In this document: one piece after another, positions 1-8,310 of the stretch
Layout: every line of letters starts with the position of its first letter
Numbering within the stretch: the stretch's first letter is position 1
NCBI GenBank assembly: GCA_963757625.1
Contig: CAVWSJ010000002.1
Coordinates: forward strand, 4,954-68,953
Source of the DNA: Terriglobia bacterium
Lineage (GTDB): Bacteria > Acidobacteriota > Terriglobia > Acidiferrales > UBA7541
Direction of reading: 5' to 3'
Length of the DNA stretch: 64,000 bases
The notes under the pieces: generated by a model
What the model saw: the letters and a program-made list of their open reading frames with translations, nothing else
What the model was told of the DNA's origin: nothing
Databases searched by the model: none
Translations under genes and position numbers: made by a program

Positions 1-97
1 AATCGCTCCCCGCACGCCGCGACATAGTACGTAGTCGCCCGCGCAGGAAGCGCAACCAAGAGAAAAACACAAAAGAAGACCGCAGCAGATCAGCCAC

Positions 98-235
98 CAG
101 TAGCATAGGCTTCAGCCTGTGCGTGCTTTTGACTTCCTGACCAACCTCAGCCTCACCGCGCTATGCATCCCGGCGCACTCTTGCCAGCCATGCAGTGCAT
201 CGCAAAACCACGACAGGCTGAAGCCTGTGCTACTG
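98..235. repeat. Inverted pair of REP-like hairpin units (GGCTNNAGCC family)
   Basis: 98-120 cagtagcataggcttcagcctgt and 213-235 acaggctgaagcctgtgctactg are reverse complements with 1 mismatch. Each unit is itself a hairpin (acaggct/agcctgt). The pair starts 5 nt downstream of the stop of the minus-strand gene ending at 240. Confidence 0.7.
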
Positions 236-239
236 ATCC

Positions 240-1447
240 CTACTGCACCACATAGCTGATGCCGCCGGAAACCTGTCCCGAGCCGGAATTATACAGGCAC
301 AAATTGTCCCCGCTGGTTCCTTCCGCGCCCACCGCCGCGTCCCCGTTGCCCAGAGCGATTCCGCCATTCGCCGCAAAATTCCATCCCGTCGCCGCCGTCG
401 CGCCGCCAAAGCCGCTCACGCCCGCCGTGCCCGTCGCGCACACCGAGCCAGTCCCTTCGACCAGCGCCACGTTCGTGGCCGCCGCCACCACCACGTGAAT
501 CGAGCAAATATAAATTTTCTTCGACGCTGTTCCCGGCAGCCAGTTGCGTGTTCGCCGTCTGATTGATGCTGACGTAAAGTTTCGTCTGCCCCTTGCACGG
601 ATCCACGACCAGCGTGTTCGTGCCGTCAGTAGCCTTCACGCTGCCAATCGTGTTCGTGCCCGACGCCAGCGCCGGCAGCGAAGCGAGAGACACCGGCTGG
701 GTTGTAGTCCCCACAGGATCGATGCGCACAGGATTCGATGCCGTGCCGATTTCCGTGCCGGACGCATTGCGCAAATTTACGTGGAGCGCCCGCGATGACG
801 TCATACGTGCGGCCGCGGCGTTGCCCGATGAGAGCGCCGAGAGTCCGTCGTTGTATACCCCGCCGACGTTGCTTTCCGCCGTCGTGCCCGCGGTGAAGGC
901 GGAGTTGTCGGTGAATCCTGCGGAAGAGGAACACCCAACAACACAATTGACACGAAAAGCAGTATTGCCGCTATCAACGACGTTAGCACCAGAAAGAGCG
1001 GTGCCCCCAAGTTTGCCAAGGTTGACGTAAAGCATACGGTCAGAAGTAGAGCGAAGAGCACCAGCATCGCCGCTAGTAAGCGCTGTAATCGAATCATTGA
1101 ACACCGCCGAAATGTTATTTACTGCCGTCGAGCCTGCCGTGAACGCCGCGTTGTCGCTGAAGCCCGATGTCGCGCTGCATCCCACCACGCAATTCACTTT
1201 GAGCGCCGTGTTGCCCGAGTCGTAGAGCGAGCTCGACACCGCCGCGCCTCCGATCAGCGCGAGGTCCATCTGCCGGTGCGCGAATTGTCCTTGCGCCGGC
1301 GCCAGCGCCGCTTCCAGGTGCAAGAATGCGCCATCCGCGCCGCGTTCCTCGACCACGGCCCGCGGCGAAGCATGCGAGGTCCCCGCGAAAGCGCCAGCAG
1401 CGCCCGCGAGCATGGCCGATGCCGAAGATCCACCATTTCCGTTTCAT
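240..1447 (-). CDS. Secreted tandem-repeat protein of unknown function (reading frame broken twice)
   Basis: ORF 289..1413 holds two ~83-aa tandem repeats, each beginning VNCVVGCS. A Sec-type signal (MKRKWWIFGIG / LAGAAGAFAGTSHA) is split between two frames at ~1414. The C-terminus continues in ORF 240..494 (KIYICSIHVVVAAATNVALVEGTG...) after a shift in the run gaagaaaattt at ~515-525. Confidence 0.5.
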
Positions 1448-1618
1448 CTTGGTGGCATTGGCTGTGATGGCGGAATTGGAAGTCATGCTGGAATTGGCGA
1501 AGCCATCGCCGGAAAAGGCGGACCTGTCCGCCGAAGCCGAAGGCGAAGGCGGCGAAACCAGGTCCAGCAATCCGCGCAATACGCCGAATTCGACGGCCAC
1601 CGCTGCCGCTTCGTCCAT

Positions 1619-2245
1619 CTAGGCATTGCCCTGAGCGTTTATGGCGAAGGGAACGACAATTCTCAGTTCGCGCTCCGAATGCACCACCCCGCCGGGACGA
1701 TCCACAATTACCGGCGCGGCGGCAAGCTGCGTGACGTGCCGTAAAATGGCCCCTTCCAGCGCGCCATCCACCGAATCAAAACATATGTGGGAGCCAGTAG
1801 CATAGGCTTCAGCCTGCGCGCCTTTCCGTCCCGCAGCTTCCGAACTAACCCCGCGCAGGCTAAAGCCTGCGCTCCCATTGCTCTCGCCGAAGTCCGAAGC
1901 GGGCAAGCCCGCCGCGTCCTCCGCCTTGGACTGAGAAGAGGGCCCGCCCGCCGTAGCCCCGCCTTTCGGGGCGAAGGGAGAGGAAACGCCCGCGTCAGCT
2001 TTTGCTTTGGTAGACGTTTCCTCGTGGACTGAGGCGGAATGGGCGTGCGTGGAGTGGTCCGGCGTTGAGGAGTGTGTCGGGGGGTGTGCGGCCGGGGCAA
2101 GCTCGATCGTGATGGCATAGCCATGGTGCGGCGCCTGCGTAATCGCCTCGGCCGGAAGGAATTCCGTCACCGCAAATCCCGCCATTCGCAGCAAGTGCCG
2201 GGTCGCGCGCGCGCAGTTGTTATCGCCAATGATTTTGATTCGCAT
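1619..2245 (-). CDS. Hypothetical protein with a low-complexity central segment containing REP-like hairpins
   Basis: ORF 1619..2278. The ATG at 2245 gives MRIKIIGDNN...; the upstream GTG lies inside a repeat. The ordered-looking N- and C-terminal parts flank a Pro/Ser/Ala/Gly-rich stretch that includes the repeat units at 1794-1876. Confidence 0.4.
   Translation of the reverse strand: MRIKIIGDNNCARATRHLLRMAGFAVTEFLPAEAITQAPHHGYAITIELAPAAHPPTHSSTPDHSTHAHSASVHEETSTKAKADAGVSSPFAPKGGATAGGPSSQSKAEDAAGLPASDFGESNGSAGFSLRGVSSEAAGRKGAQAEAYATGSHICFDSVDGALEGAILRHVTQLAAAPVIVDRPGGVVHSERELRIVVPFAINAQGNA
1794..1876. repeat. Inverted pair of REP-like hairpin units (GGCTNNAGCC family) inside an ORF
   Basis: 1794-1820 ccagtagcataggcttcagcctgcgcg and 1853-1876 gcgcaggctaaagcctgcgctccc. 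They have the same core as the units at 98-235 and 32618-32635. They are translated as AQAEAYATG and SAGFSLRG in ORF 1619..2278. Confidence 0.65.
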
Positions 2246-2272
2246 GATAGTTTGAATTGAAAACAAATACGG

Positions 2273-2412
2273 AACCACGGATGCACACAGATGAACACGG
2301 ATGAAGCAAAATCCATGCAGGAGAACCGATCCGCGTTACTTCAGGTTAAGCTCTAATGTTCGGTTTATCTTTTTGATTTTATCTGTGTGAATCCGTGTGC
2401 ATCCGTGGTTGC
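2273..2412. repeat. Long inverted repeat built from two IRVHPW-type repeat units
   Basis: 2273-2288 aaccacggatgcacac is the exact reverse complement of 2395-2410 gtgtgcatccgtggtt (16/16). Similarity continues imperfectly to 2307 and 2377. The repeat is intergenic between two minus-strand genes. A related unit lies at 28561-28607. Confidence 0.7.
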
Positions 2413-2421
2413 TTAGGTTTC

Positions 2422-2742
2422 TCACCGCACGAACGTCAATTGCACCGGGCCTGTGCCGCTGGCGGCCTGAAGATACGCGATCGTGTCGCCCGCATGGAAC
2501 CGCACGCCCGAGCCGGCATCCTGCACGCCGCCGGAGTGGCGCGGCACGGCTATCGTTTCCACGCTCCCGGCCGATAGAGTGTCTTGCGTGGTTGCATCGG
2601 CGGAGTCGGTGCGGATGTAGAGATTCACCAGCGCGGAATTCCTGATCGACACGCCCATGCAATCAATGGGCGCGACAATCGCGGTCCAGGACACGGTGTC
2701 AACCGTGAGCTGCATCTTTACGTAGTTTGGATTGGAGGCCAT
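2422..2742 (-). CDS. Small hypothetical protein (106 aa, beta-rich)
   Basis: Clean ORF in the same orientation as its neighbours. I recognise no family motif. Confidence 0.45.
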   Translation of the reverse strand: MASNPNYVKMQLTVDTVSWTAIVAPIDCMGVSIRNSALVNLYIRTDSADATTQDTLSAGSVETIAVPRHSGGVQDAGSGVRFHAGDTIAYLQAASGTGPVQLTFVR

Positions 2743-2815
2743 GGGAACAAGGTGATCCGGGTCACAGACATTGGGTCAGGCTTTCGCTAGCTTGAAATTG
2801 CAGCAGGAGGCCCAC

Positions 2816-2965
2816 ATGAAACCGAAATTCAACAAAAACGCATTCCTGGGAAATCTGGAACACCGCGGGGGAAAGAAGCTCTCCCAGCACGGCGTAGAGT
2901 TTTCTCACAAGGAACACGAAGTGCGAAAACATCCCCCGCGCGGTTTCCGCGGCAAGAAGGGCTGA
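2816..2965 (+). CDS. Possible small basic protein (49 aa)
   Basis: ATG at 2816 is preceded by AGGAGG at 2805-2810 (5-nt spacer). It lies inside ORF 2771..2965, and the product is Lys/His/Arg-rich. It is the only plus-strand candidate in a repeat-rich spacer. Confidence 0.3.
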   Translation: MKPKFNKNAFLGNLEHRGGKKLSQHGVEFSHKEHEVRKHPPRGFRGKKG

Positions 2966-2977
2966 CGCGCCTTGAAT

Positions 2978-3092
2978 GGTGACGCGTGATTCGTGACTCG
3001 TGGAATGCCGAGAACCTGTCTCAAGCATGGGCCTCGTGGGTTGCGGCTTCAGCCGCGACATCAAGAGCCAAGAAAAACTGGGCTTTAGCCCC
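2978..3092. repeat. Mosaic of short REP-like units (BIME-like cluster)
   Basis: Three units: 2978-3003 ggtgacgcgtgattcgtgactcgtgg (GTGATTCGTGAC family, compare 53814-53898); 3042-3058 tgcggcttcagccgcga; and 3079-3092 tgggctttagcccc. The last two are GGCTNNAGCC hairpins. Confidence 0.55.
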
Positions 3093-3280
3093 TAAAGTGA
3101 CGGGCAAACACCGGCAACGGGGATTTATGAGAGAAGTTCGACATTTATCGGCCAAGGTTCGGCGGAATTTGCCGATGGCGGCTCTTGGTCTATGCGGGTC
3201 ACGGATCACGCCGCAGGCGGAATTACTATAACGCGGGACCTAATCGACGACGGCGAGAAACGCAGTTCCCTTTCCCGTTT

Positions 3281-3643
3281 CTAATTTGTCCCGGTAACGG
3301 ACAGGGCCGTTGGGGCCGCGGGAAGAATCACCGCTGAAGCAAGATTGCTTGGAACGCTTTCGACGCTGTTCAATACCGACGTGGCGTAATAGCAATAGGA
3401 TCCCGGGGCGACGGCCGCGTCGGTGTATGTGGTTGCCGTAACGATCGTCGCCGTGATTCGCGTGAAGCCGCTTGTTCCGGTCGTCGGACACGGTCCAGCG
3501 GCGCGGTAGATATAGTAGCCGGCAACGCTGTCGGTTGAGGCCGTCCAGGTGAGGCTGACGGAGTGCGCTTGCGCGTGGATCTGGGCGCACAACAGCATGA
3601 ACATCGCGAATAATGCGAGCTGGATTGGTCTTAGGCGCATCAC
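3281..3643 (-). CDS. Secreted fibronectin type III domain protein
   Basis: Signal peptide MMRLRPIQLALFAMFMLLCAQIHAQA, followed by the FN3-like pattern VSLTWTAS..VAGYYIYR...TTYTD..V.PGSYCYYATSV. A GGGAG-type SD sits upstream. Confidence 0.6.
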   Translation of the reverse strand: MMRLRPIQLALFAMFMLLCAQIHAQAHSVSLTWTASTDSVAGYYIYRAAGPCPTTGTSGFTRITATIVTATTYTDAAVAPGSYCYYATSVLNSVESVPSNLASAVILPAAPTALSVTGTN

Positions 3644-3665
3644 AATCTCCCTTTGTCATTCACGA

Positions 3666-4037
3666 CTACGGCAGGATCTTCGCCGTCAGCGAGGCGCCGC
3701 CAGTGGAGGAAACAACTTTGGCGCGCAGGAATCGAGCGCGCACGCCTATCACGGTTCGCGCTTCCCCGGCGGTCGCCGTGGATGTATCAACCGTGGTGTA
3801 CTCGGCGTCAACGTCCGCCGCCGCGCCCTGCAAGAGAATATTGATCGCGGTGGGGGCGGTGCCGAAAATGGTTTGCCAGCGCACCGTGTGGCCCTGGTCG
3901 GGCAGCCCGGCGGGTTCGGGAATCGCGAATTGGGAGCCGGCCGTTCCGTTGGCCGGAAAACTTTCGGCGTTGAAACTGAATCCGACGTCGCCGGGAAATA
4001 GGGAAAGAGGCGGCGTTGCGTTATTATAAGCGGGCAT
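3666..4037 (-). CDS. Hypothetical protein (123 aa, beta-rich)
   Basis: Clean ORF with AGGAGGG just upstream of the ATG at 4037. It is the first gene of the minus-strand cluster. No recognisable motif. Confidence 0.5.
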   Translation of the reverse strand: MPAYNNATPPLSLFPGDVGFSFNAESFPANGTAGSQFAIPEPAGLPDQGHTVRWQTIFGTAPTAINILLQGAAADVDAEYTTVDTSTATAGEARTVIGVRARFLRAKVVSSTGGASLTAKILP

Positions 4038-4171
4038 GAGCCCTCCTGAAGATTCGGGGCGGGGTGCTTGCTGACCGCGAGGTCTAAAGTACGTGTGCTA
4101 ATTGCCGGTCCTGAGGCGATCCGTTCAGCTCGTGAAGTAGCCGGCGCGGGGCGCAGGGTCGAAGAGAAATG

Positions 4172-4205
4172 ACTTCAAATTTGAATTCTCAAATTCGAGA
4201 TTTGG
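4172..4205. repeat. AT-rich TTCAAATYT-type dispersed repeat (translates as FKFQISNLK-like)
   Basis: acttcaaatttgaattctcaaattcgagatttgg. Same family as 8341, 8966, 12347, 12529, 40367, 40471 and 43031. It is intergenic. Confidence 0.7.
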
Positions 4206-4423
4206 CCATCGCTCGTCCGGTGGGAGAAAGCGCCCCTAAATTAAAAGCGCCCGCCGGAGGTCGAACGGTGGCGGGCACAACGAAACGGATTCGAGTAACT
4301 GAAATTCTGCGAGAGTGAGAATAGCATAAGCGGTATTTATTTGTCAAGACATTTGTATAAAAATAATTCCTACGTCGCGAGCGGGCCTTTTTGCAGCCGC
4401 CCCCTATTGGAAGGAGATTGAAA

Positions 4424-4846
4424 ATGCGCTACACACTTCTGCTGAGCCTTCTGCTCCTCTTCGCCGGCGGCGCCGCCGCCCAGACGAAGCAGTCTGGCGC
4501 GCAAGACCAGCTCCCCATAAACTTTGTGCCCACCGGCAAGGAGATGTTCAAGCAATACTGCGCCGCTTGCCACGGCCTCGACGCCAAGGGCCACGGCCCC
4601 GCCCGATCCGCTCTTAAAGTTCCCGCCGCCGACCTGACCACTCTCACCAAACGCCATGGCGGCGAATTCCCTTACGACTACGTCTCCAACATCCTGAGGT
4701 TCGGCCCCGGCGTCGCCGCCCATGGCTCGTCCGACATGCCCACCTGGGGCGGCATTTTCCAGTACATGGACAACTACAACCAGCCCGTCGTCCAGAAGCG
4801 CATCAAAAACCTCTGCGACTACATCGCGTCGCTCCAGGAGAAGTGA
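4424..4846 (+). CDS. Class I c-type cytochrome (periplasmic)
   Basis: Signal peptide MRYTLLLSLLLLFAGGAAAQ, a CAACH haem-binding motif, and a distal Met in GSSDMPTWG. GGAGA-type SD lies at ~4412 before the ATG at 4424. Confidence 0.8.
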   Translation: MRYTLLLSLLLLFAGGAAAQTKQSGAQDQLPINFVPTGKEMFKQYCAACHGLDAKGHGPARSALKVPAADLTTLTKRHGGEFPYDYVSNILRFGPGVAAHGSSDMPTWGGIFQYMDNYNQPVVQKRIKNLCDYIASLQEK

Positions 4847-5153
4847 GCGCAGTTTGTCTTCGATCTCCGCCTCTTTACTTCCAAATCCTAAACGGGAGCG
4901 AGGCCAAGAATGGCCGTGCATGCGCATCGTCTGAGGGATGCCAGTCGACAGATTTAACACTCTGTTCTCTGTCAGCTCTTTCAGCCAAGCGATCCCCCAG
5001 TTCAAAGTATTTACTTACCTTTTAGCAAACCGCGCCAGTGATTCCTCGGCATTGATAATTGGCCCGCCGTTGAGGCACAATATCAACGAGCCTATACCAC
5101 TTATCTTTTGGTAACTTCATAAAAACATCGTTTTGATATACGCGGATGGTCTG

Positions 5154-6061
5154 ATGCTCTCTAAGGCTCTTCGTTTCTTCAAAGGAAATAAACGAACCTC
5201 TAGCCGCCCTGAATTCCAAGTCAAATTGATCGGGCGTGCCTTGATCTGCGGGCTTATACTGGCTACTCCTACATGGCCCCAAGTGAAAGTCCAAGATGGG
5301 ACTGCTGTGGTGTTTAGAGTGGATGAGGACAAGATCACCGTAGCTTCCGACTCCCGCGTTACTGAATCCGATCACTGGAAGATATCGTGACGATGACTGT
5401 AAAATATCCGCACTCAGCAACGAATTGTTTTTCGTCGCTTTCGGAACCACCAACGTTGACATTTCTATTCCGGGAAGGCCATCTTTGGCTTGGAATTCCG
5501 GTAAAGTAGCTCGTAGGGCTTTCGACGGCGAGAGAGTGGACACCTCGGGTGTAAAAAGCATTGCAGGAATCGCAACTCGGTGGGGTCAATTGGCGAGACA
5601 ATTGTTTAACACGATTCCCGTCGAAGATAGAGACCAGGTTGCGGACCATGGTTTTTCTGGGCCCGCAATCCTGTTTAGTGGTCTCACCGAGGATGGAAAA
5701 TCATGCCTATGGCACACAAATCACTTATGACAAAGCATCGCACGATTTTAAGGCCGTAATCCCCCCAATTGGATTTCCAACGGGCCAGATCTTCAGCTTG
5801 GCTCGCGGTGACGAAATCATAAAAGAATTCGATAACGGAGGTACTACTGAGCGAGCCAGAAAAGACATTCGAGCTTGGCAGGCGACGGCTAAGGTTAAAA
5901 ATGTCGAGGAATTCAACCATCAATGGGTAGTGCAACTTGTGAGGTGGATAATCCAATACGACACGAGCGGAAAAGTTGGAGGCGTTATCGAGGCGGTGGA
6001 ACTGCAAGAAAATGGGGCGATTCATTGGATAGCCCCATGTCCACAGCACAAAGGCAGCTAG
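5154..6061 (+). CDS. Secreted Ntn-hydrolase / proteasome-beta-like protein (frame broken at least twice)
   Basis: Three plus-strand ORFs (5133..5390, 5425..5730, 5561..6061) join seamlessly. The first junction reads ...ITVASDSRVTESDHWK / DDCKISALSNELFFVAFGTTN. The second reads ...LFSGLTEDGK / NHAYGTQITYD. A hydrophobic leader is followed by DG|TAVVFRVDEDKITVASDSRVT, which resembles the HslV/proteasome Thr1 region. The region is low in GC. Confidence 0.4.
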
Positions 6062-6155
6062 AGAGAGATAAATTCTTGGCAACATAGACCTAGTCATATT
6101 TCTTCAAGCTGCCCCGTTAGAGAAGCCCGACCTGCGTCTAGGAAGCCATTTCGCA

Positions 6156-6592
6156 TTACGCCGCATTTTCCGGCACCGAAACCGAAGACTCATGAAAATA
6201 CTTCGATGGTGGAAACATTCCTGAACGAGTAAGTTCGCGCCCGACTCGCGTGCGAATTTCCTCCGCCCAATCCGCCCAGGTCAGTTCGCTGATTCCCAGA
6301 TGCCGCCGCGCCGCCTGATAATCCGCGCCCCCCAGATAATACACGCGGAACATCGCCATGCGGCTTGCCCTGAACGCAGGAAGGGCTCGCCCTCACCTTG
6401 CCCGGTCTCCCAGCGCCCGCTCGCCGGCCCTGGCAAAATCGCAGACGTACTCACCCAGCCGCGGCATGCGGTCCGGATGCCACATGTATTTCCCCGAAGA
6501 TTCCATATTGAGCGTCGCAATCTTCGTAGTCGATCACTTCCCGCGCCGCCCGGTACACATCATGACAAACATCGAATGCAAACGTTGCAAGC
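6156..6592 (-). CDS. Small regulator-like protein with a sigma-70 region-4-like HTH (frame broken)
   Basis: The C-terminal ORF 6156..6359 reads RVYYLGGADYQAARRHLGISELTWADWAEEIRTRVGREL. The N-terminal piece MLATFAFDVCHDVYRAAREVIDYEDCDAQYGIFGEI starts at the ATG at 6592 in another frame. Confidence 0.3.
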
Positions 6593-7009
6593 ATGGTCTC
6601 TCCTCCATACGCTCTGACGTGCAATTGCGATTGGTTTGACGACTACGACTGCCTGAGCGCCCCGTTACTTCCGTTCGCTGACTACGGTGACCGCAATCCG
6701 TTCCGCGCCCGAATCCGTTCCAGCGCTTCGGGCTTCACCTTCACGGGCCCGCAGGAGGGCCCTTGTCCCACCATCAGTTCACGCGCCACCAGAAGCGATT
6801 TGTCGTGCTGCCGAAACGCTGGCGTCTCGGGGCCTGCCGTAGCGGCGAAGGTGTGCTCGGTTTTTGGGTTTGCATTCGGATTTGAAAAACAGGTTTCTGG
6901 TAATTCTGTTCGTCCTCCCGGAGGTTGTCCGCAAGCGGCGCGATTGACCGGCGCGTTCGGATTCTCTTTCCTTTCCAATTCCCTATCCCAATTCCAATCC
7001 TGTGCTTGA

Positions 7010-8310
7010 CCCTCCTCAACCCCGTCCTTGAGCGAACTCCAACCCGCCTTTGCCGTTGTCCGAAAATCCAGGTGGTCTCAATGGGTCACTGCAACACTAG
7101 CCTGAAGCTTACTCGCCGGAGTTTCAAAACCCAAAGTTTTTCTCGGGCGTTGATTTAAGCGCAGCGCGACCTTGTCGAGTTCGGCTTGCGTGTGGACTGA
7201 CAGATCGGTTCTCTTAGGAAAATACTGTCGCAGCAGACCGTTGGTGTTTTCGTTGCTGCCGCGCTGCCAGGGGCTCTGCGGATCGCAGAAGTAAACTTTC
7301 ACATTCGTGGCCACCGTGAAGTTCTTGTGTTGGGCCATCTCCAGCCCTCGATCCCAGGTCAACGAGCGCCGCAGCGATGCGGGGAGTCCGCGAACGTGCT
7401 GGCTCAATGCCGCCACCACAGTCGCCGTGTCTTTGCCGGGCACCTTGACCAGCATGGTAAAACGCGAATGACGTTCCACCAGGGTGGCGATATGGCTGTT
7501 GTTGGTGCCGCGCAGCAGGTCGCCCTCCCAATGGCCGGGGATGGCGCGGTCCTCGATCTCGGCGGGCCTTTCCCGGATGGAAATAGCATCGACGATCTTG
7601 CCGCGAGAGTGCCCGTGGACACTGGAGTGCCGCGACCGGCGGATCTGCCTCTTGGTTCGCAGGTGCTGAATCAGCTCCTTTTTCAGCACTCCTCGTGCCT
7701 GGATGAACAGGCTGCGGTAAATGGTCTCGTGGGACACGCGCATACTCTCGTCGTTGCGATACTGGTTCTTCAGCCATCCGGAAATCTGCTCCGGCGACCA
7801 GTCCAGGATCAGTTTACTCGCAACGATCCTCTGCAACTTCCTGTGGATGGCAAGAAGGCAGACCTTGGGGCGCAAGGCCGAATCCCAGGCCTGGTGATCC
7901 GCTTCATTGGCTCGATAGAGAAGTTGCCCGCCATGGCGGGCGACTTCTCTGCTCACCGTCGATACAGCCCGCTTGAGACCTTTGGCGATCCCACGAATCG
8001 ATGAACCCGAAGCAATCCCTCGTGAGATGTCCTCTCGCTCCGCCAGTGTGAGCGTTCGCAGCGAGCGATGATGCACGGCAGGAGCAATCCCGCCCCGCTG
8101 CGCCAACATGAAGTGAATGACCCCATGTTCCTTGCCGAAGGCCCGCCCAATCTCATGCAACGACTGTCCCAACTTCCATCGGCCCCACATCTCGCTCCTC
8201 TGCATGGCGGAGAGCTTCACCCGTCTCCTGACTGTCATAAACACCACCTTTAGAAAAAAGATTTATACCAGATGGTGTTGCATCGACCGGTTGAGCTGGC
8301 ACAAATTAGC
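7010..8310 (-). mobile_element. IS30-family insertion sequence (ends approximate)
   Basis: Contains a complete IS30-type transposase gene. I see only weak terminal similarity (ctcaacc.. near 7012 versus the reverse complement of ggttgag near 8291), so the boundaries are not established. Confidence 0.55.
7078..8238 (-). CDS. IS30 family transposase
   Basis: N-terminal HTH (LSAMQRSEMWGRWKLGQSLHEIGRAFG), SHETIYRSL, IPGHWEGDLL, LVERHSRFT, LTWDRGLEM, YFCDPQSPWQRGSNENTNGLLRQYFPK. The 386-aa frame is intact. Confidence 0.9.
   Translation of the reverse strand: MTVRRRVKLSAMQRSEMWGRWKLGQSLHEIGRAFGKEHGVIHFMLAQRGGIAPAVHHRSLRTLTLAEREDISRGIASGSSIRGIAKGLKRAVSTVSREVARHGGQLLYRANEADHQAWDSALRPKVCLLAIHRKLQRIVASKLILDWSPEQISGWLKNQYRNDESMRVSHETIYRSLFIQARGVLKKELIQHLRTKRQIRRSRHSSVHGHSRGKIVDAISIRERPAEIEDRAIPGHWEGDLLRGTNNSHIATLVERHSRFTMLVKVPGKDTATVVAALSQHVRGLPASLRRSLTWDRGLEMAQHKNFTVATNVKVYFCDPQSPWQRGSNENTNGLLRQYFPKRTDLSVHTQAELDKVALRLNQRPRKTLGFETPASKLQASVAVTH

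Noticed and set aside
4370-5005. 211-aa minus-strand ORF overlapping the cytochrome c gene.
   Set aside because: It is antisense to a gene that has a signal peptide, a CAACH motif and a good SD. Its own translation is low-complexity apart from a short N-terminal stretch.
5022-5561. 179-aa minus-strand ORF in the low-GC island.
   Set aside because: Three plus-strand ORFs across the same DNA join into one coherent ~300-aa protein with a leader and an Ntn-like motif. The minus-strand translation has no recognisable features.
6682-6978. 98-aa minus-strand ORF, together with the overlapping 138-aa plus-strand ORF 6593..7009, between the small regulator gene and the IS30 element.
   Set aside because: Neither translation shows a motif, a start context or a composition that lets me prefer one over the other. 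I left the region unannotated rather than guess.
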